A DNA stretch of 64,000 bases from Thermoanaerobaculia bacterium. Lineage in GTDB: Bacteria > Acidobacteriota > Thermoanaerobaculia > UBA5066. Within the stretch, counting starts at the first letter, position 1, and every line of letters begins with the position of its first letter. Below are positions 29,018 through 39,404 of this stretch, piece after piece. Position numbers and translations under genes: made by a program. Location of the stretch: positions 384,001 to 448,000 of the forward strand of contig CAWFJJ010000029.1 in NCBI GenBank assembly GCA_963816185.1, in the 5' to 3' direction. The notes under the pieces were generated by a model, which was given only the letters and a program-made list of their open reading frames with translations, was not told where the DNA came from and did no database searches.

Positions 29018-31366
29018 ATGAGAGCAGTCGCTTCGAAACTGGTCGGCAGCCTTCTTCTCGTTCTGGCTGCGGGCGTTGCGCGTGCCGCTTCGATCACTCC
29101 CGATCCCTGGCCCCGCGAGTTCACGACGCCGAAAGGCAACACGGCGGTCATGTACCAGCCCCAGTTCGAGACCTTCAAAGGGGACACGATCGGCGGGCGC
29201 GCCGCCATCTCGGTGACGAAGAAGGGTGAGACCGCGCCGAAGTTCGGCGTCATCTTCTTCACCGCCTCCGTCTCCGTCGACCGCGACGACCGCTCCGTCG
29301 AGATCCGGCGCATCAAGGTGAACCGCGTCCGCTTTCCGAACATCACGCCCCAAAAGGAGAAGACCTTCGCCGGAATCGTCGAAGCGGAGTTTCCGAAATG
29401 GAATCTCGTCATTTCGTACGACCGCGTGATCGAGGGCGTGAAGGTCGCCGAGCGCGAGAAGAAAAGCGCGCAAGGCCTCAAGAACGATCCACCCAAGGTC
29501 CTCTTCGCCCAGGAGCCGACGGTGCTCGTGCTGCTCGACGGCGAGCCGCAGCTCCGTGACGTCGAGAGCGCGCCCGGCCTGAAGGTCGTCGTGAACACGG
29601 CCCTGTTCATGGTTCTCGATACGCGCAACAACCGCTATTACCTTTCGGGGGGCAAGAGGTGGTGGTACGAGGCGCCGGACGCGAAGGGACCGTGGCGCTC
29701 GATCGGCGGGCCTCCGGCCGACATCGCGGACCTCGCCGCGCAGGCGGCCGAGGCGCAGAAGAAGAGCGAGAAGGACGTGCCTCAAGACGACGGAACCGAG
29801 GCGGCAAATCCGCCGAAGATCGTCGTGGCCACCGAGCCGACCGAGCTGATCGTTTCCGAGGGCAAGCCCTCCTTCAAGCCCGTCGCGGGAGCGGGGACGG
29901 ATCTCCTCTCGATGGAGAACACGGAGAGCGACGTTCTTCTCGACGTGCCGACGCAGAACTACTACGCGCTCCTGTCGGGGCGGTGGTTCCGGAGCAAGGC
30001 GCTCGCCGGCGGGGCCTGGACGTACGTGCCGCCGGACTCGCTCCCCGCGACGTTCGCCAAGATCCCGCCGGACTCGGACATCGGCGACATGCGCGCGAGT
30101 GTTCCCGGCACCGACGAAGCCGAAGACGCCGTCCTCGACGCGCAGATCCCGCAGACGACGGCCGTCAAGCGCGCCGACGCGAAGCTCGACGTGCAATACG
30201 ACGGCGAGGCGAAGTTCGTCGGGATCGAGGGCACGACGACCGAGTACGCGATCAACACGCCGACCTCGGTCCTGAGGATCGCCGGCCGCTACTATGCGTG
30301 CGAGAACGCCGTGTGGTACGTCGCGGACTCGCCCGACGGCCCGTGGCTCCTCGCGGATTCCGTTCCCGCGGACGAAATCGACCAGATTCCGCCGAGCGTC
30401 CCCGTCTACAACGTGAAGTACGTGCGCATCTACGATTCCACGCCGGACGAAGTCTACGTGGGCTACACGCAGGGCTACGAGGGCTGTTACCCGTGGGGGG
30501 GGACGGTCGTCTGGGGGACGGGCTGGTACTACAGTCCGTGGGTCGGCCCGGCCTTCTGGTGGCCGCGCCCCTATACGTGGGGCTTCCACGCGCACTACAC
30601 GCCGTGGTCCGGCTGGGGTTTCGGCGCGTCCTGGAGCTATCCCTTCTTCTCCGCGAGCTTCGGCTGGGGAGGCTGGTTTCGCCCGGTCGGCTGGGGCCGC
30701 CCCCACTTCGGCGGCTGGTGGGGAGGCGGATACCGGCGCGGCTGGTTCGGACCGGGCGGGTACCGTCCGCCGACGGCCATCGTGAACCGCTACTGGGGCA
30801 ATCGCCCCGGCGGCATTCGCCCGCCCGGGTGGCGCCCGGTGGCGGGAGCCCGCGCGGGCCTCCCCCGTCCGGGAATGGTTCGGCCGGGCCGGCCGCTCAT
30901 CGGCTTCCATCCTCCGGTGAAAGACATCCGGCCCGTGAGGATCCAGAACAACATCTACACCCGGCTTCCCGGGCGTGTGCGTGACGTTTCGAGGCCGCCG
31001 TCCCGCGTCGTGTCGCGTCCAGCCGATCGGTCGAACAACGTCTATGCGGGAAAGAACGGCGAGGTCTATCGCAAGACCAAGGATGGCTGGCAGCAACGCA
31101 CGAACGGCGCGTGGAGGAATTCCGGCTCAGGAACGCCGACAGGCAAGGGGTCGACGGCGTATTCGCCGGTCCAAGGCACACGTCCCGTCGTGCGCGCCGC
31201 GCCGCACCCCGAGCTGGAACGCGATTTTTCGGCGCGGCAGCGCGGCAATGCCCGTGCGCAGAGCTGGTCGCGCCCAGCGTCGCCGCCGGCTCGCGTGGCA
31301 CCGGCGCCTCGCGCGGCGCCGAAAGCTTCGGCGCCCTCGGTGCACAGGGGCGAGAAGCGCCGCTAA
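29018..31366 (+). CDS. Large exported hypothetical protein with Trp/Gly-rich and Arg/Pro-rich C-terminus
   Basis: SD AAGGAG, signal peptide, WPR..YQPQ, repeated YY.LSG.W motifs, VWGTGWYY. Confidence 0.75.
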   Translation: MRAVASKLVGSLLLVLAAGVARAASITPDPWPREFTTPKGNTAVMYQPQFETFKGDTIGGRAAISVTKKGETAPKFGVIFFTASVSVDRDDRSVEIRRIKVNRVRFPNITPQKEKTFAGIVEAEFPKWNLVISYDRVIEGVKVAEREKKSAQGLKNDPPKVLFAQEPTVLVLLDGEPQLRDVESAPGLKVVVNTALFMVLDTRNNRYYLSGGKRWWYEAPDAKGPWRSIGGPPADIADLAAQAAEAQKKSEKDVPQDDGTEAANPPKIVVATEPTELIVSEGKPSFKPVAGAGTDLLSMENTESDVLLDVPTQNYYALLSGRWFRSKALAGGAWTYVPPDSLPATFAKIPPDSDIGDMRASVPGTDEAEDAVLDAQIPQTTAVKRADAKLDVQYDGEAKFVGIEGTTTEYAINTPTSVLRIAGRYYACENAVWYVADSPDGPWLLADSVPADEIDQIPPSVPVYNVKYVRIYDSTPDEVYVGYTQGYEGCYPWGGTVVWGTGWYYSPWVGPAFWWPRPYTWGFHAHYTPWSGWGFGASWSYPFFSASFGWGGWFRPVGWGRPHFGGWWGGGYRRGWFGPGGYRPPTAIVNRYWGNRPGGIRPPGWRPVAGARAGLPRPGMVRPGRPLIGFHPPVKDIRPVRIQNNIYTRLPGRVRDVSRPPSRVVSRPADRSNNVYAGKNGEVYRKTKDGWQQRTNGAWRNSGSGTPTGKGSTAYSPVQGTRPVVRAAPHPELERDFSARQRGNARAQSWSRPASPPARVAPAPRAAPKASAPSVHRGEKRR

Positions 31367-31441
31367 GCGTTAGGATGACTCCAGCTCCGGGAGCGAACTT
31401 TTCAGGGCCGAATCGCGTTCCCGGAGTGTGAGGAGACGGCG

Positions 31442-31885
31442 ATGTATTACGTGATCGGGGCCAACGGCAGCCAGTATGGTCCGGTCGACGAGGTGACGAT
31501 GCGCGCGTGGATCACGGAAGGCCGCATCGCCGCTCCGAGCCTTTCCTTCAAGACGGGCGAGTCCGGCTGGGTTCCGCTCCAGACGCGTGAGGAGTTCCGC
31601 GATCTGCTGGCTGCGGCACCCGCCGTACCGGCCGCGGCGTCGGCGACGGTCCCGCCGGCTCCCTCCGCTCACCCCGCCGACGCGAAAGAGTGGCTCGTCG
31701 CTCTGCTCCTCTCGATTTTCCTCGGCACCTTCGGCGTCGACCGCTTCTACATCGGCCACGTGGGCCTCGGCCTCCTGAAGCTCTTCACGTTCGGCGGCTG
31801 CGGCATCTGGTGGCTCGTGGACGTCATCCTCATCGCGACGAACTCGCTCAAGGACTCGCAGGGCCGGGCTCTCGTCAAGACCTGA
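31442..31885 (+). CDS. GYF_2/DUF4339 plus TM2-domain protein
   Basis: [14 protein letters not shown]; [26 protein letters not shown]. Confidence 0.85.
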   Translation: MYYVIGANGSQYGPVDEVTMRAWITEGRIAAPSLSFKTGESGWVPLQTREEFRDLLAAAPAVPAAASATVPPAPSAHPADAKEWLVALLLSIFLGTFGVDRFYIGHVGLGLLKLFTFGGCGIWWLVDVILIATNSLKDSQGRALVKT

Positions 31886-31888
31886 GCC

Positions 31889-32509
31889 TCAGGGCCGCGC
31901 GGTGCCGGATTCGCGGGAAGCGGGAGGGATGCGCGCGCCGTTCACCGTCACCTCGGCCGTCCACCCGAACGCTGAGGCGGCCTCCGTGAAGAGGTCGCGG
32001 GCCTGCGCGGACGACTTTTCGAGAAGCCCGGCGTCCTTCGCCGCGCGCGCGAGCGCGCCGCGTGCCCACTGCGTCCAGCGGGTTCGATCGGAAGGCGTGA
32101 TCGGGTTGAGCCAGCCCGAGCGCTCGTCGAACCACTCGAGATGGTCGTCGACCGCGAGGACCTGCGGCGCCGGGAGCCGGACCACGACGAGACGGCGGCC
32201 CGCGTCGGCCTCGACGTCGAAACCGCGCTCGAGGTCGAAACCTCCCATCACTTTCCCGCGCAGGCGCAAGGTGGCGTTCTTCGGGATGTCGAAGACGAGG
32301 AAGGTCTTCACCTCCTCGTAGCGCACCACGTCCGCGATCTCCATCTCGATCGTCGCAAGGCGCGCGATGCGCCGCACGGCCTGGACCACGGGAGCGGAGG
32401 AAACGGCCTCGCGGCGCGTGCGCCAGCGTCCCAGGAAAAACCCCGTCGAAAAGACGGCGAGAACAGCCGCGATCGCGGCGAGAAAGCCGATGATGAGTCG
32501 CCGGCGCAT
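31889..32509 (-). CDS. DUF4230-domain membrane-anchored protein
   Basis: N-terminal TM; VVQAVRRIARLATIE..GKVMGGFDL..VRLPAP. Confidence 0.75.
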   Translation of the reverse strand: MRRRLIIGFLAAIAAVLAVFSTGFFLGRWRTRREAVSSAPVVQAVRRIARLATIEMEIADVVRYEEVKTFLVFDIPKNATLRLRGKVMGGFDLERGFDVEADAGRRLVVVRLPAPQVLAVDDHLEWFDERSGWLNPITPSDRTRWTQWARGALARAAKDAGLLEKSSAQARDLFTEAASAFGWTAEVTVNGARIPPASRESGTARP

Positions 32510-32656
32510 CGTTTCTCCAGCCTATCGAATCGCCCGTTTTCGTGCAGTCCGTGCCCCCGAATGATGCATTCTCATCGGAGAGGAGGGGCGAAAGCGAGCG
32601 CTAGAATCGGCATTCTTCCTGCACGGAATCCGTCGGGAACGACTTTGGAGGCTTCG

Positions 32657-33601
32657 ATGCACGCTTTCCGCCCCGCCCGCGCCTTCATGGGCGCAGTTCT
32701 CGCGTTTCTCATTCTCCCTGCGACTCTTCTGGCGATCCAGCAGGGGCGCATCACGGGCAAGGTCACGGATGGCAAGGGCGTCACCCTTTCGGACGTCAAG
32801 ATCACGATCACGACGAAATCCATCACGACCTTCAAGCTCGAGCTCAAGACCGACAAGGACGGCAAGTGGGGGACGATCCTGAACGACGCGACGATGGTCT
32901 ACCACTACCGCTTCGAGAAGGAGGGCTTCATCCCTTGGGAGCAGGACAAGAAGGTCCCCATCGGAGGCTCGGAAACTCTCGACGTCCAGCTCCTCACGCA
33001 GAAGCAGGCCGTCGAGAAGGGGATCGTCAAGCAAGTCGAAGATCCCTTCACGACGAGCTACAACGCGGCGGTCGAGGCCTATCAGGCCGGTGACGTCGAG
33101 AACGCGTTCGTGAAGGCTCAGGAAGCCATCAAGCTGGGGCCCGACAAGGCGATCGCCTACAACCTGGGGGCCACGATCGCCCACAAGAAGAAAGACTGGG
33201 ACAACACGATCGCGTTCGGCGAGAAATCTCTCGCCCTCGAACCCGACAACTCGCCTCTCGTCGGCATGCTCATGGATGCCTACCGCGCGAAAGGCGACAA
33301 GGCGAAAGCCGCGGAGTACGAAAAGAAATACATTGCCGCGAACCCCGATCAGCCCGAGGTCCTCTACAACCAGGCGGTCGCGCTTTACAACAAGAACGAC
33401 TTCAAGGGCGCGGAGCCGCTGCTCCGGAAGGTCGTCGAGGGCAAGCCGGACTTTGCGAAGGCGCATTACCTGCTCGGCATGTCGTATGTGAACCTGAACA
33501 GGATTCCCGACATGAAGAAGCACCTCTCCGAATACCTCAGGTTGGAGCCGAAGGGCGCGGACGCGGCCACGGCGAAGGAGATGCTGGACGCCTTCAAGTG
33601 A
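32657..33601 (+). CDS. Carboxypeptidase-regulatory-like domain plus TPR protein
   Basis: Signal peptide, GRITGKVTD.KG..KTDKDGKW, several TPRs (AYNLG, LYNQA, AHYLLG). Confidence 0.85.
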   Translation: MHAFRPARAFMGAVLAFLILPATLLAIQQGRITGKVTDGKGVTLSDVKITITTKSITTFKLELKTDKDGKWGTILNDATMVYHYRFEKEGFIPWEQDKKVPIGGSETLDVQLLTQKQAVEKGIVKQVEDPFTTSYNAAVEAYQAGDVENAFVKAQEAIKLGPDKAIAYNLGATIAHKKKDWDNTIAFGEKSLALEPDNSPLVGMLMDAYRAKGDKAKAAEYEKKYIAANPDQPEVLYNQAVALYNKNDFKGAEPLLRKVVEGKPDFAKAHYLLGMSYVNLNRIPDMKKHLSEYLRLEPKGADAATAKEMLDAFK

Positions 33602-34215
33602 CACCTTTCGTCATCGGGATCGCCGGCGGCACCGGGTCGGGCAAGACGACCGTCGCCCGGGCGATCGTGAACCGTGTGGGAGAGAAGCGCATCACGTTCC
33701 TCTCACACGACGCGTACTACCGGGACTTCGTCGACCTTCCGAAGTCCATCCTCGACGGAAAGAACTTCGACCATCCGGACTCGCTCGAGACCGAGCTGCT
33801 CGTGCGCCACCTCAAGGCGCTCAAGCAGGGGATGGTCGTCGAGATGCCCGTCTACGACTTCAAGGTCCACCGCCGCGCGGCGGAAACCCGCCGCGTCGAG
33901 CCGCGCAAGGTCATCCTCGTGGATGGGATCCTGATCTACGCCGAGCCCGAGCTGAGGAAGCTCTTCGACGTGAAGATCTTCGTCGACACGGACGCCGACA
34001 TCCGACTCATTCGCCGCATTAAGCGCGACATCGCCGAGCGAGGCCGCACGCTCGAGAGCGTCGTAGCGCAGTACGAAAGCACGGTCCGCCCGATGCACCT
34101 CGAGTTCGTAGAGCCCGCGAAGCGGTACGCCGATCTCATCATCCCGGAAGGCGGCGAGAACACAGTCGCCCTCGAGTTCCTCTTCGCCCGCCTGAACGCC
34201 CTCTTCGCGGATTAG
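33598..34215 (+). CDS. udk: Uridine kinase
   Basis: IGIAGGTGSGKTT, NFDHPD, DIRLIRRIKRD, VRPMHLEFVEP. Confidence 0.95.
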   Translation: MTPFVIGIAGGTGSGKTTVARAIVNRVGEKRITFLSHDAYYRDFVDLPKSILDGKNFDHPDSLETELLVRHLKALKQGMVVEMPVYDFKVHRRAAETRRVEPRKVILVDGILIYAEPELRKLFDVKIFVDTDADIRLIRRIKRDIAERGRTLESVVAQYESTVRPMHLEFVEPAKRYADLIIPEGGENTVALEFLFARLNALFAD

Positions 34216-34257
34216 CCGGCCCTGGAGGGTGCGCCGCGCCTGTTGGAGAATGCGCGG

Positions 34258-35730
34258 ATGCGAAACACTCTTCACGCCACGACAGTCGCCGCCTGCCTGC
34301 TTGCCGCCGGATTCGCGCATGCCATAACACCCGACGCCGCCTCGCGCCTCGCGGGCCGCGCCGTAGGCGCGACGCCCCTCCTCGCCGACACGCGCGAGCT
34401 CTGCGACACCGTGGGCGGGCGGCCGGTCGGCTCGGAAGCGAACGTGCGCGCCGTCACGTGGGCCGCCGCCAAGCTCAAGGCGGCGGGAGCCGACACCGTG
34501 GCGACGGAGCCTTTCCCCGTACCGTTCCTCTGGCTTCCCGGCACGGCGGAGGCCTCGATCGTCGCTCCCGAAAACGTCCCTTTACGCGTCGTCGCCTGTC
34601 CGGCGGCGCCTTCGACCGACGGGACGCTGACGGCCAGAGCCGTGGACGCGGGATCGGGAACCCGAGAGGACTTCGCCCGGCTCGGTGCGAAGGCGAAGGG
34701 CGCCATCGCGGTCGTCCGCTCGAAGGAGATGAAGACGGATGCGGACCTCTTCGACGAGTACATGCGTAACGGGACGATCTTCGCGGCGGCGAAAGAGGCC
34801 GGCGCATCGGCCGTCCTCCTGCAGTCCACGCGCCCGCGCGGTCTTCTCTACCGCCATCCGGTCGGCCTCGGGCGAGGGCTCGCGCCGCTCCCGGCCGCGA
34901 TGCTCTCGCGCGAGCACGCGGCACGCCTCCTGCGCCTCGCCGAGACAGGCGACGTCACGATCCGCCTCGCGATCACGAACCGGACGGGCCCCGCCTACGA
35001 AGCCCGGAACGTCGTCGCCGACATCCGGGGAAGCGAGAAACCGGAGGAAGTCGTCCTCCTCGGCGCGCACCTCGACTCGTGGGACCTCGGAACCGGCGCG
35101 AACGACAACGGCGTGAACGTCGCCCTCGTGATCGACGTCCTGCGCGGGATCAGGGAGCTGGGCCTGAAGCCGCGGAGGACGATCCGCTTCGCCCTTTTCA
35201 ACGCCGAGGAGCTCGGCATGTGGGGCTCGGCCGAGTACGTGCGCGCGCACGCGAAGGAGCTCGGAAACGTCGTCGCCGTCGTGGTCTTCGACGTGGGCTC
35301 CGGGCGGACGAACGGCTTCTTCCTGAACGGGCGCGAGGACCTGCGAAAGCCCGCCGACGCGGCGCTTGCGGCCGTCGCGGGCCTCACGAGCGCGCCGCAT
35401 TCGCTCGAGGGGATCGACGGGACCGACAACTTCGACTTCCTCCTCTCGGGCGTCCCGAACCTCGTCGCAAACCAGGACTTCGCGCCTTACCTGCCTGACT
35501 ACCATGCCGAGTCGGACACCTTCGACATGGTCGACGCACGCGAGGCGCGCGCGAACGCCGCGATCGCGTCGGCGCTCGTCTGGGGCCTCGCGAACGCGGA
35601 CGGTCGTGCGCCGCGCCAGACGAAGGCGGAAGTCGACGAGCTCCTGAAGGACACGAAGCTCGACGAGCAGATGAAGGCCCTCGGCCAGTGGGATGATTGG
35701 GTCTCGGGCCGGCGGGGCGTGTCGAAGTGA
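34258..35730 (+). CDS. M28 family exported peptidase (PA domain)
   Basis: [33 protein letters not shown]. Confidence 0.9.
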   Translation: MRNTLHATTVAACLLAAGFAHAITPDAASRLAGRAVGATPLLADTRELCDTVGGRPVGSEANVRAVTWAAAKLKAAGADTVATEPFPVPFLWLPGTAEASIVAPENVPLRVVACPAAPSTDGTLTARAVDAGSGTREDFARLGAKAKGAIAVVRSKEMKTDADLFDEYMRNGTIFAAAKEAGASAVLLQSTRPRGLLYRHPVGLGRGLAPLPAAMLSREHAARLLRLAETGDVTIRLAITNRTGPAYEARNVVADIRGSEKPEEVVLLGAHLDSWDLGTGANDNGVNVALVIDVLRGIRELGLKPRRTIRFALFNAEELGMWGSAEYVRAHAKELGNVVAVVVFDVGSGRTNGFFLNGREDLRKPADAALAAVAGLTSAPHSLEGIDGTDNFDFLLSGVPNLVANQDFAPYLPDYHAESDTFDMVDAREARANAAIASALVWGLANADGRAPRQTKAEVDELLKDTKLDEQMKALGQWDDWVSGRRGVSK

Positions 35731-35773
35731 CGCGCGCCGCCGGGCACGCTCCGTCCCCTACAATCGCGCCCCT

Positions 35774-37048
35774 GTGAGCACGAGCGCCTTTCCGCCTGTT
35801 CCCGAACAGCTCGACCTTCTCCTGAAGGGCGTCGAGGCCTGCGAGAAGCGCGACGAGCTGGAGAAGAAGCTCGTCCGGTCCGCCAAGACCGGCAAGCCCC
35901 TGCTCGTGAAGGTAGGCTTCGATCCCTCGACTCCTGACCTCCACCTCGGGCACACGGTCGTCTTCCGGAAGATGCGGCACTTCCAGCGCCTCGGGCACAC
36001 GGTCGTCTTCCTGATCGGCGACTTCACGGGAATGATCGGCGACCCCACCGGCAAGAAAGCGACGCGCCCGCAGCTCACGAAGGACCAGGTCCTCGTGAAC
36101 GCCGAGACGTACAAGGCGCAGGTCTTCAAGATCCTCGACCCCCGGAAGACGCGCGTCGCGTTCAATTCCGAATGGCTCTCGGCGCTCGGCGCCGAGGGTC
36201 TCATCCGCCTCTCGGCGAAATACACCGTCGCGCGCCTGCTCGAGCGCGACGACTTCGCGAAACGCTTCCGCGAGGGAAAGCCCATCGCCGTGCACGAGCT
36301 TCTCTACCCGCTTTGCCAGGGCTACGACTCCGTCGCGCTTTCGGCCGACGTCGAGCTGGGCGGCACGGACCAGCTCTTCAACCTCCTCGTCGGCCGCGAC
36401 CTCATGCGCGAGTCGGGCCAGGAGCCCCAGGTCGCCATGACGCTCCCGCTCCTCGTGGGCACGGACGGCGTGGAGAAGATGTCGAAGTCGCTCGGCAACG
36501 CGATCGGCGTCGCGGAGAGCCCGGACGAGATCTTCGGGAAGACCATGTCTATCTCGGACACGTCGATGTGGACGTACTACACGCTCCTGACGGACTTGAC
36601 GCCGGCCCAGATCGAGAAGTTGAAGGCCGACGTCGCGTCGGGCAAGGTCCATCCCAAGGCTCAGAAGATGGAGCTCGCCGGACGGCTCGTCGAGGATTTC
36701 CACGATCGGGAGAAGGCGTCGGCGGCGCGCGCCGAGTTCGACAGGCGCTTCGGGGGAACAGGGGGCGCGGTGAGCGCAGACGTCGTGCGCCTTTCTCCGC
36801 TGGCTGGAGCGTCGGGAAAGGGCGCCGAAGATTTCTTTGAAAAGAATATGACGGACGTCCTCGTGGAAGCGGGACTCGTGGCGAGCAAGAACATCGCGCG
36901 CCAGAAGATCCGCGAAGGGGCTGTGTCGACATCCGCCGATGGCCAGAGCTGGACGAAAGCGACGTCACCAACTGACGTGCTGCGTGTCGGCACGGGTCAG
37001 GGTGTCTTTCTTAGAATGGGGAAGAAATTCGTTCGGGTGACGCCATGA
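35774..37048 (+). CDS. tyrS: Tyrosine-tRNA ligase
   Basis: [38 protein letters not shown]4-like tail. Confidence 0.96.
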   Translation: MSTSAFPPVPEQLDLLLKGVEACEKRDELEKKLVRSAKTGKPLLVKVGFDPSTPDLHLGHTVVFRKMRHFQRLGHTVVFLIGDFTGMIGDPTGKKATRPQLTKDQVLVNAETYKAQVFKILDPRKTRVAFNSEWLSALGAEGLIRLSAKYTVARLLERDDFAKRFREGKPIAVHELLYPLCQGYDSVALSADVELGGTDQLFNLLVGRDLMRESGQEPQVAMTLPLLVGTDGVEKMSKSLGNAIGVAESPDEIFGKTMSISDTSMWTYYTLLTDLTPAQIEKLKADVASGKVHPKAQKMELAGRLVEDFHDREKASAARAEFDRRFGGTGGAVSADVVRLSPLAGASGKGAEDFFEKNMTDVLVEAGLVASKNIARQKIREGAVSTSADGQSWTKATSPTDVLRVGTGQGVFLRMGKKFVRVTP

Positions 37049-37100
37049 CGCGCCGAGCTGCGCCGCGTCTTTCCCTTTTCAACTTCTAAGAAAAGCAACA

Positions 37101-37925
37101 TTGCAAGAGAGCAAGAGCCATCACAGGAAGAGGGGCCGTCAACATCGAACGGTCCTCCTCGTCGGAGGCGCGGGGCGCATGGGCCGCCTCTTCGCGCGCT
37201 TCTTTCGCCGTAGGGGCTTCGACGTCCGCATCGCCGACCCCGCCGGCGCGCCGCGCGGCTTCTCCGCGGGCACGCTCGACGATGCCGCGAAGGCCGACGT
37301 CGTCCTGATCGCCGCGTCTCTCGAGCAGTCGGCAACTGCGCTCGTGGCCGTGCTCGACCAAAATCCGAAGGGGCTCGTCTTCGACATCGCGAGCGTGAAG
37401 GCTCCGCTCCTTCCGCTCTTCGAGCGCGCCCGCGGTCGCGGCGTCGCGATCGCCTCGGCGCATCCGATGTTCGGCCCTGACACACGTCTTCGGGGCCGCG
37501 ATCTCCTCGTTCTCGATGCAGGCGTCAAGGCGGCCGCGCAGCGCGTGGCGCGCCTCTTCGCCGGCGAGGGCATGAAGATCCGGACGATGCCTGCCGCCGA
37601 GCACGACCGCTGGGTCGGGCGCACGATGGGCTTCGCGCACCTCGTCGCGCTCGTCTCGGCTTTCTCGCTCGCCGAGCTCGGCATCTCGCGCGATGACGTG
37701 GACGGCCGTGCGACGACCACGTTCCGGTATCTGCTCGCGCTCGTCGCGTCCATCCTCGACCAGGATCCGGCATTGACACGGGCCATCCAGGCGGAGAATC
37801 CCGAAGCGTGCTCCGTGATCGAGTCTTTCACCAAGCAGGCCGAAGCTCTCCGTCATCTTCTCTTCGAGGGCGACGGGTCGGAACTGAAGGCGAGGCTCGC
37901 GGCCGTGCGCGCGGCGCTGCGGTGA
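37101..37925 (+). CDS. tyrA: Prephenate dehydrogenase
   Basis: VGGAGRMG, DIASVK, HPMFGP, EHD..H. Start uncertain. Confidence 0.85.
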   Translation: MQESKSHHRKRGRQHRTVLLVGGAGRMGRLFARFFRRRGFDVRIADPAGAPRGFSAGTLDDAAKADVVLIAASLEQSATALVAVLDQNPKGLVFDIASVKAPLLPLFERARGRGVAIASAHPMFGPDTRLRGRDLLVLDAGVKAAAQRVARLFAGEGMKIRTMPAAEHDRWVGRTMGFAHLVALVSAFSLAELGISRDDVDGRATTTFRYLLALVASILDQDPALTRAIQAENPEACSVIESFTKQAEALRHLLFEGDGSELKARLAAVRAALR

Positions 37926-38308
37926 GCACGGCCTTCCGGCGTGCGGCGGCTCTCCTCGCCGCCGTCGCGGCTTTCGCGCTCCTCGCCGCGCAGGCGGTCG
38001 AATCCGTGACTCCCATCGGCGCTTCGCTTTCGGTGGCGAAGAAGTTCTGGCGGGCCGGCTCGACGACCCGCCTCCTGAACTCGCGCCTTTTTCGGCGCGG
38101 CCCGGAGCTCGGCGCGGCTCTCGTGGCGCGAGACCGCTTCCTGGCGCTCGACGTCGACGTCGTCCTCACGGTGCCGCCCTCGCTTCCTGACGATGCGGCC
38201 GAGGAGATGCGACGGAAAGCCGCCTTCGTCCTCGCGCCGCGCCGCGTGACGCTCACGCGAGGAGAGACGGGCCGCGAGGGCTTCGCTCTTGCCTCGGTCT
38301 CGCGATGA
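37922..38308 (+). CDS. Hypothetical protein with N-terminal hydrophobic segment
   Basis: GTG overlaps the tyrA stop (GTGA); host-like codons. Confidence 0.5.
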   Translation: MSTAFRRAAALLAAVAAFALLAAQAVESVTPIGASLSVAKKFWRAGSTTRLLNSRLFRRGPELGAALVARDRFLALDVDVVLTVPPSLPDDAAEEMRRKAAFVLAPRRVTLTRGETGREGFALASVSR

Positions 38309-38312
38309 CGCC

Positions 38313-39404
38313 GTGAGCCGTGCCGCGTCCCGTCTCGTTCTCGCCGCCGCGGCTCTGCTTCTCGGGATCGGCGTCCTGACGGCGGCCGTCGTCGCGATGC
38401 GTGAGCCCTTCGCCTTGAACGACTACACGGCGATCTGGGGGCTGAAGGCACGGGCTCTTACGCGGTCTTTTTCCCTCGACGCTCTCTTTCGCGTGGACCC
38501 GGACGGCACGTTTTCGCACCCGGAGTACCCGCCGCTCTGGCCTCTCCTCCTCGCGGCGGCGTCCGGCGCCCGACGCCGGTACGACGATCTCGTCGTCACA
38601 CCGCTCTGGCCGGCTCTCACCGTGTCGGCGTCTCTTCTGGCCATGCGGGCCGCTCGGTCGATGCGCGTCGCGGCGCCCTTCGCGCTCCTCGCGGGGGCCA
38701 CCGTGTCGCTTCTTCCGTACTGGAGGCGTTACCCGGGCTATGCCGAGGGTCTTCTCCTCGTCTTCGTCCTCGGCGCGCTGGCCGAGTTAGGCCGCCTCGA
38801 CGAGGAGAGAGGAGCGGCCGTTCGGATCGCGATCTTCCTCACGCTCGCGGCCTGGACGAAGCCCGAGGGTCTCGTGGCGGCGCTCGCGGCCGCGGCCGTT
38901 CTCGTCTTCGCGCGGCGCACGCGGGCCGCGCTTCTCGTCGCTCTCTCGGCCGTCTCGTTCGCGGCGGTCCCCTGGGCGCTCGTCGTCTCGCGTCTCGCAC
39001 CGATGAGACCGCCTACGGATTTCGCGCTCTCCTCGTTCTCGGTCGCGAGTCTCGCGGGCGCGCTCGGGGCGCTCGCCTCGGAGGCTGCGCCGCACGCCGG
39101 CTGGGTCGCGGCGGGGGCGCTCCTTCTCGCGCTCGCGCCGGCGACGCGGCGCGCGCGCCGGCCGGTCCTCGCGTGGTGCGGCCTCTATGCGTCGGCGCTC
39201 GTCGGCTCCTTTGCATTCACGCGCCTTTCACCCCCGTGGCACGTGCATTGGTCGTGGGACCGCCTCGCGCTCATCCCGGTTGCCGTCCTTCTGCCGGTAC
39301 TCGCCGAGGCTCTCGCGGAATGCGTGCAGGGGAAAAGTGCGCCCGAGCCTGCTCCAAAATCTCGTGTGGTGTCCCCTCCCGAGGCTCCTGCCCCAGCGCT
39401 CTGA
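38313..39404 (+). CDS. Polytopic membrane protein, GT-C-like
   Basis: DYTAIWGLKA, HPEYPPL, GYAE, WTKPEG and many TMs. Confidence 0.7.
   Translation: MSRAASRLVLAAAALLLGIGVLTAAVVAMREPFALNDYTAIWGLKARALTRSFSLDALFRVDPDGTFSHPEYPPLWPLLLAAASGARRRYDDLVVTPLWPALTVSASLLAMRAARSMRVAAPFALLAGATVSLLPYWRRYPGYAEGLLLVFVLGALAELGRLDEERGAAVRIAIFLTLAAWTKPEGLVAALAAAAVLVFARRTRAALLVALSAVSFAAVPWALVVSRLAPMRPPTDFALSSFSVASLAGALGALASEAAPHAGWVAAGALLLALAPATRRARRPVLAWCGLYASALVGSFAFTRLSPPWHVHWSWDRLALIPVAVLLPVLAEALAECVQGKSAPEPAPKSRVVSPPEAPAPAL

Noticed and set aside
35943-36011. 23-bp exact direct repeat in tyrS
   Set aside because: Encodes LGHTVVF twice, matching the normal TyrS HLGH..LGH.V pattern under strong codon bias; not CRISPR or an att site.
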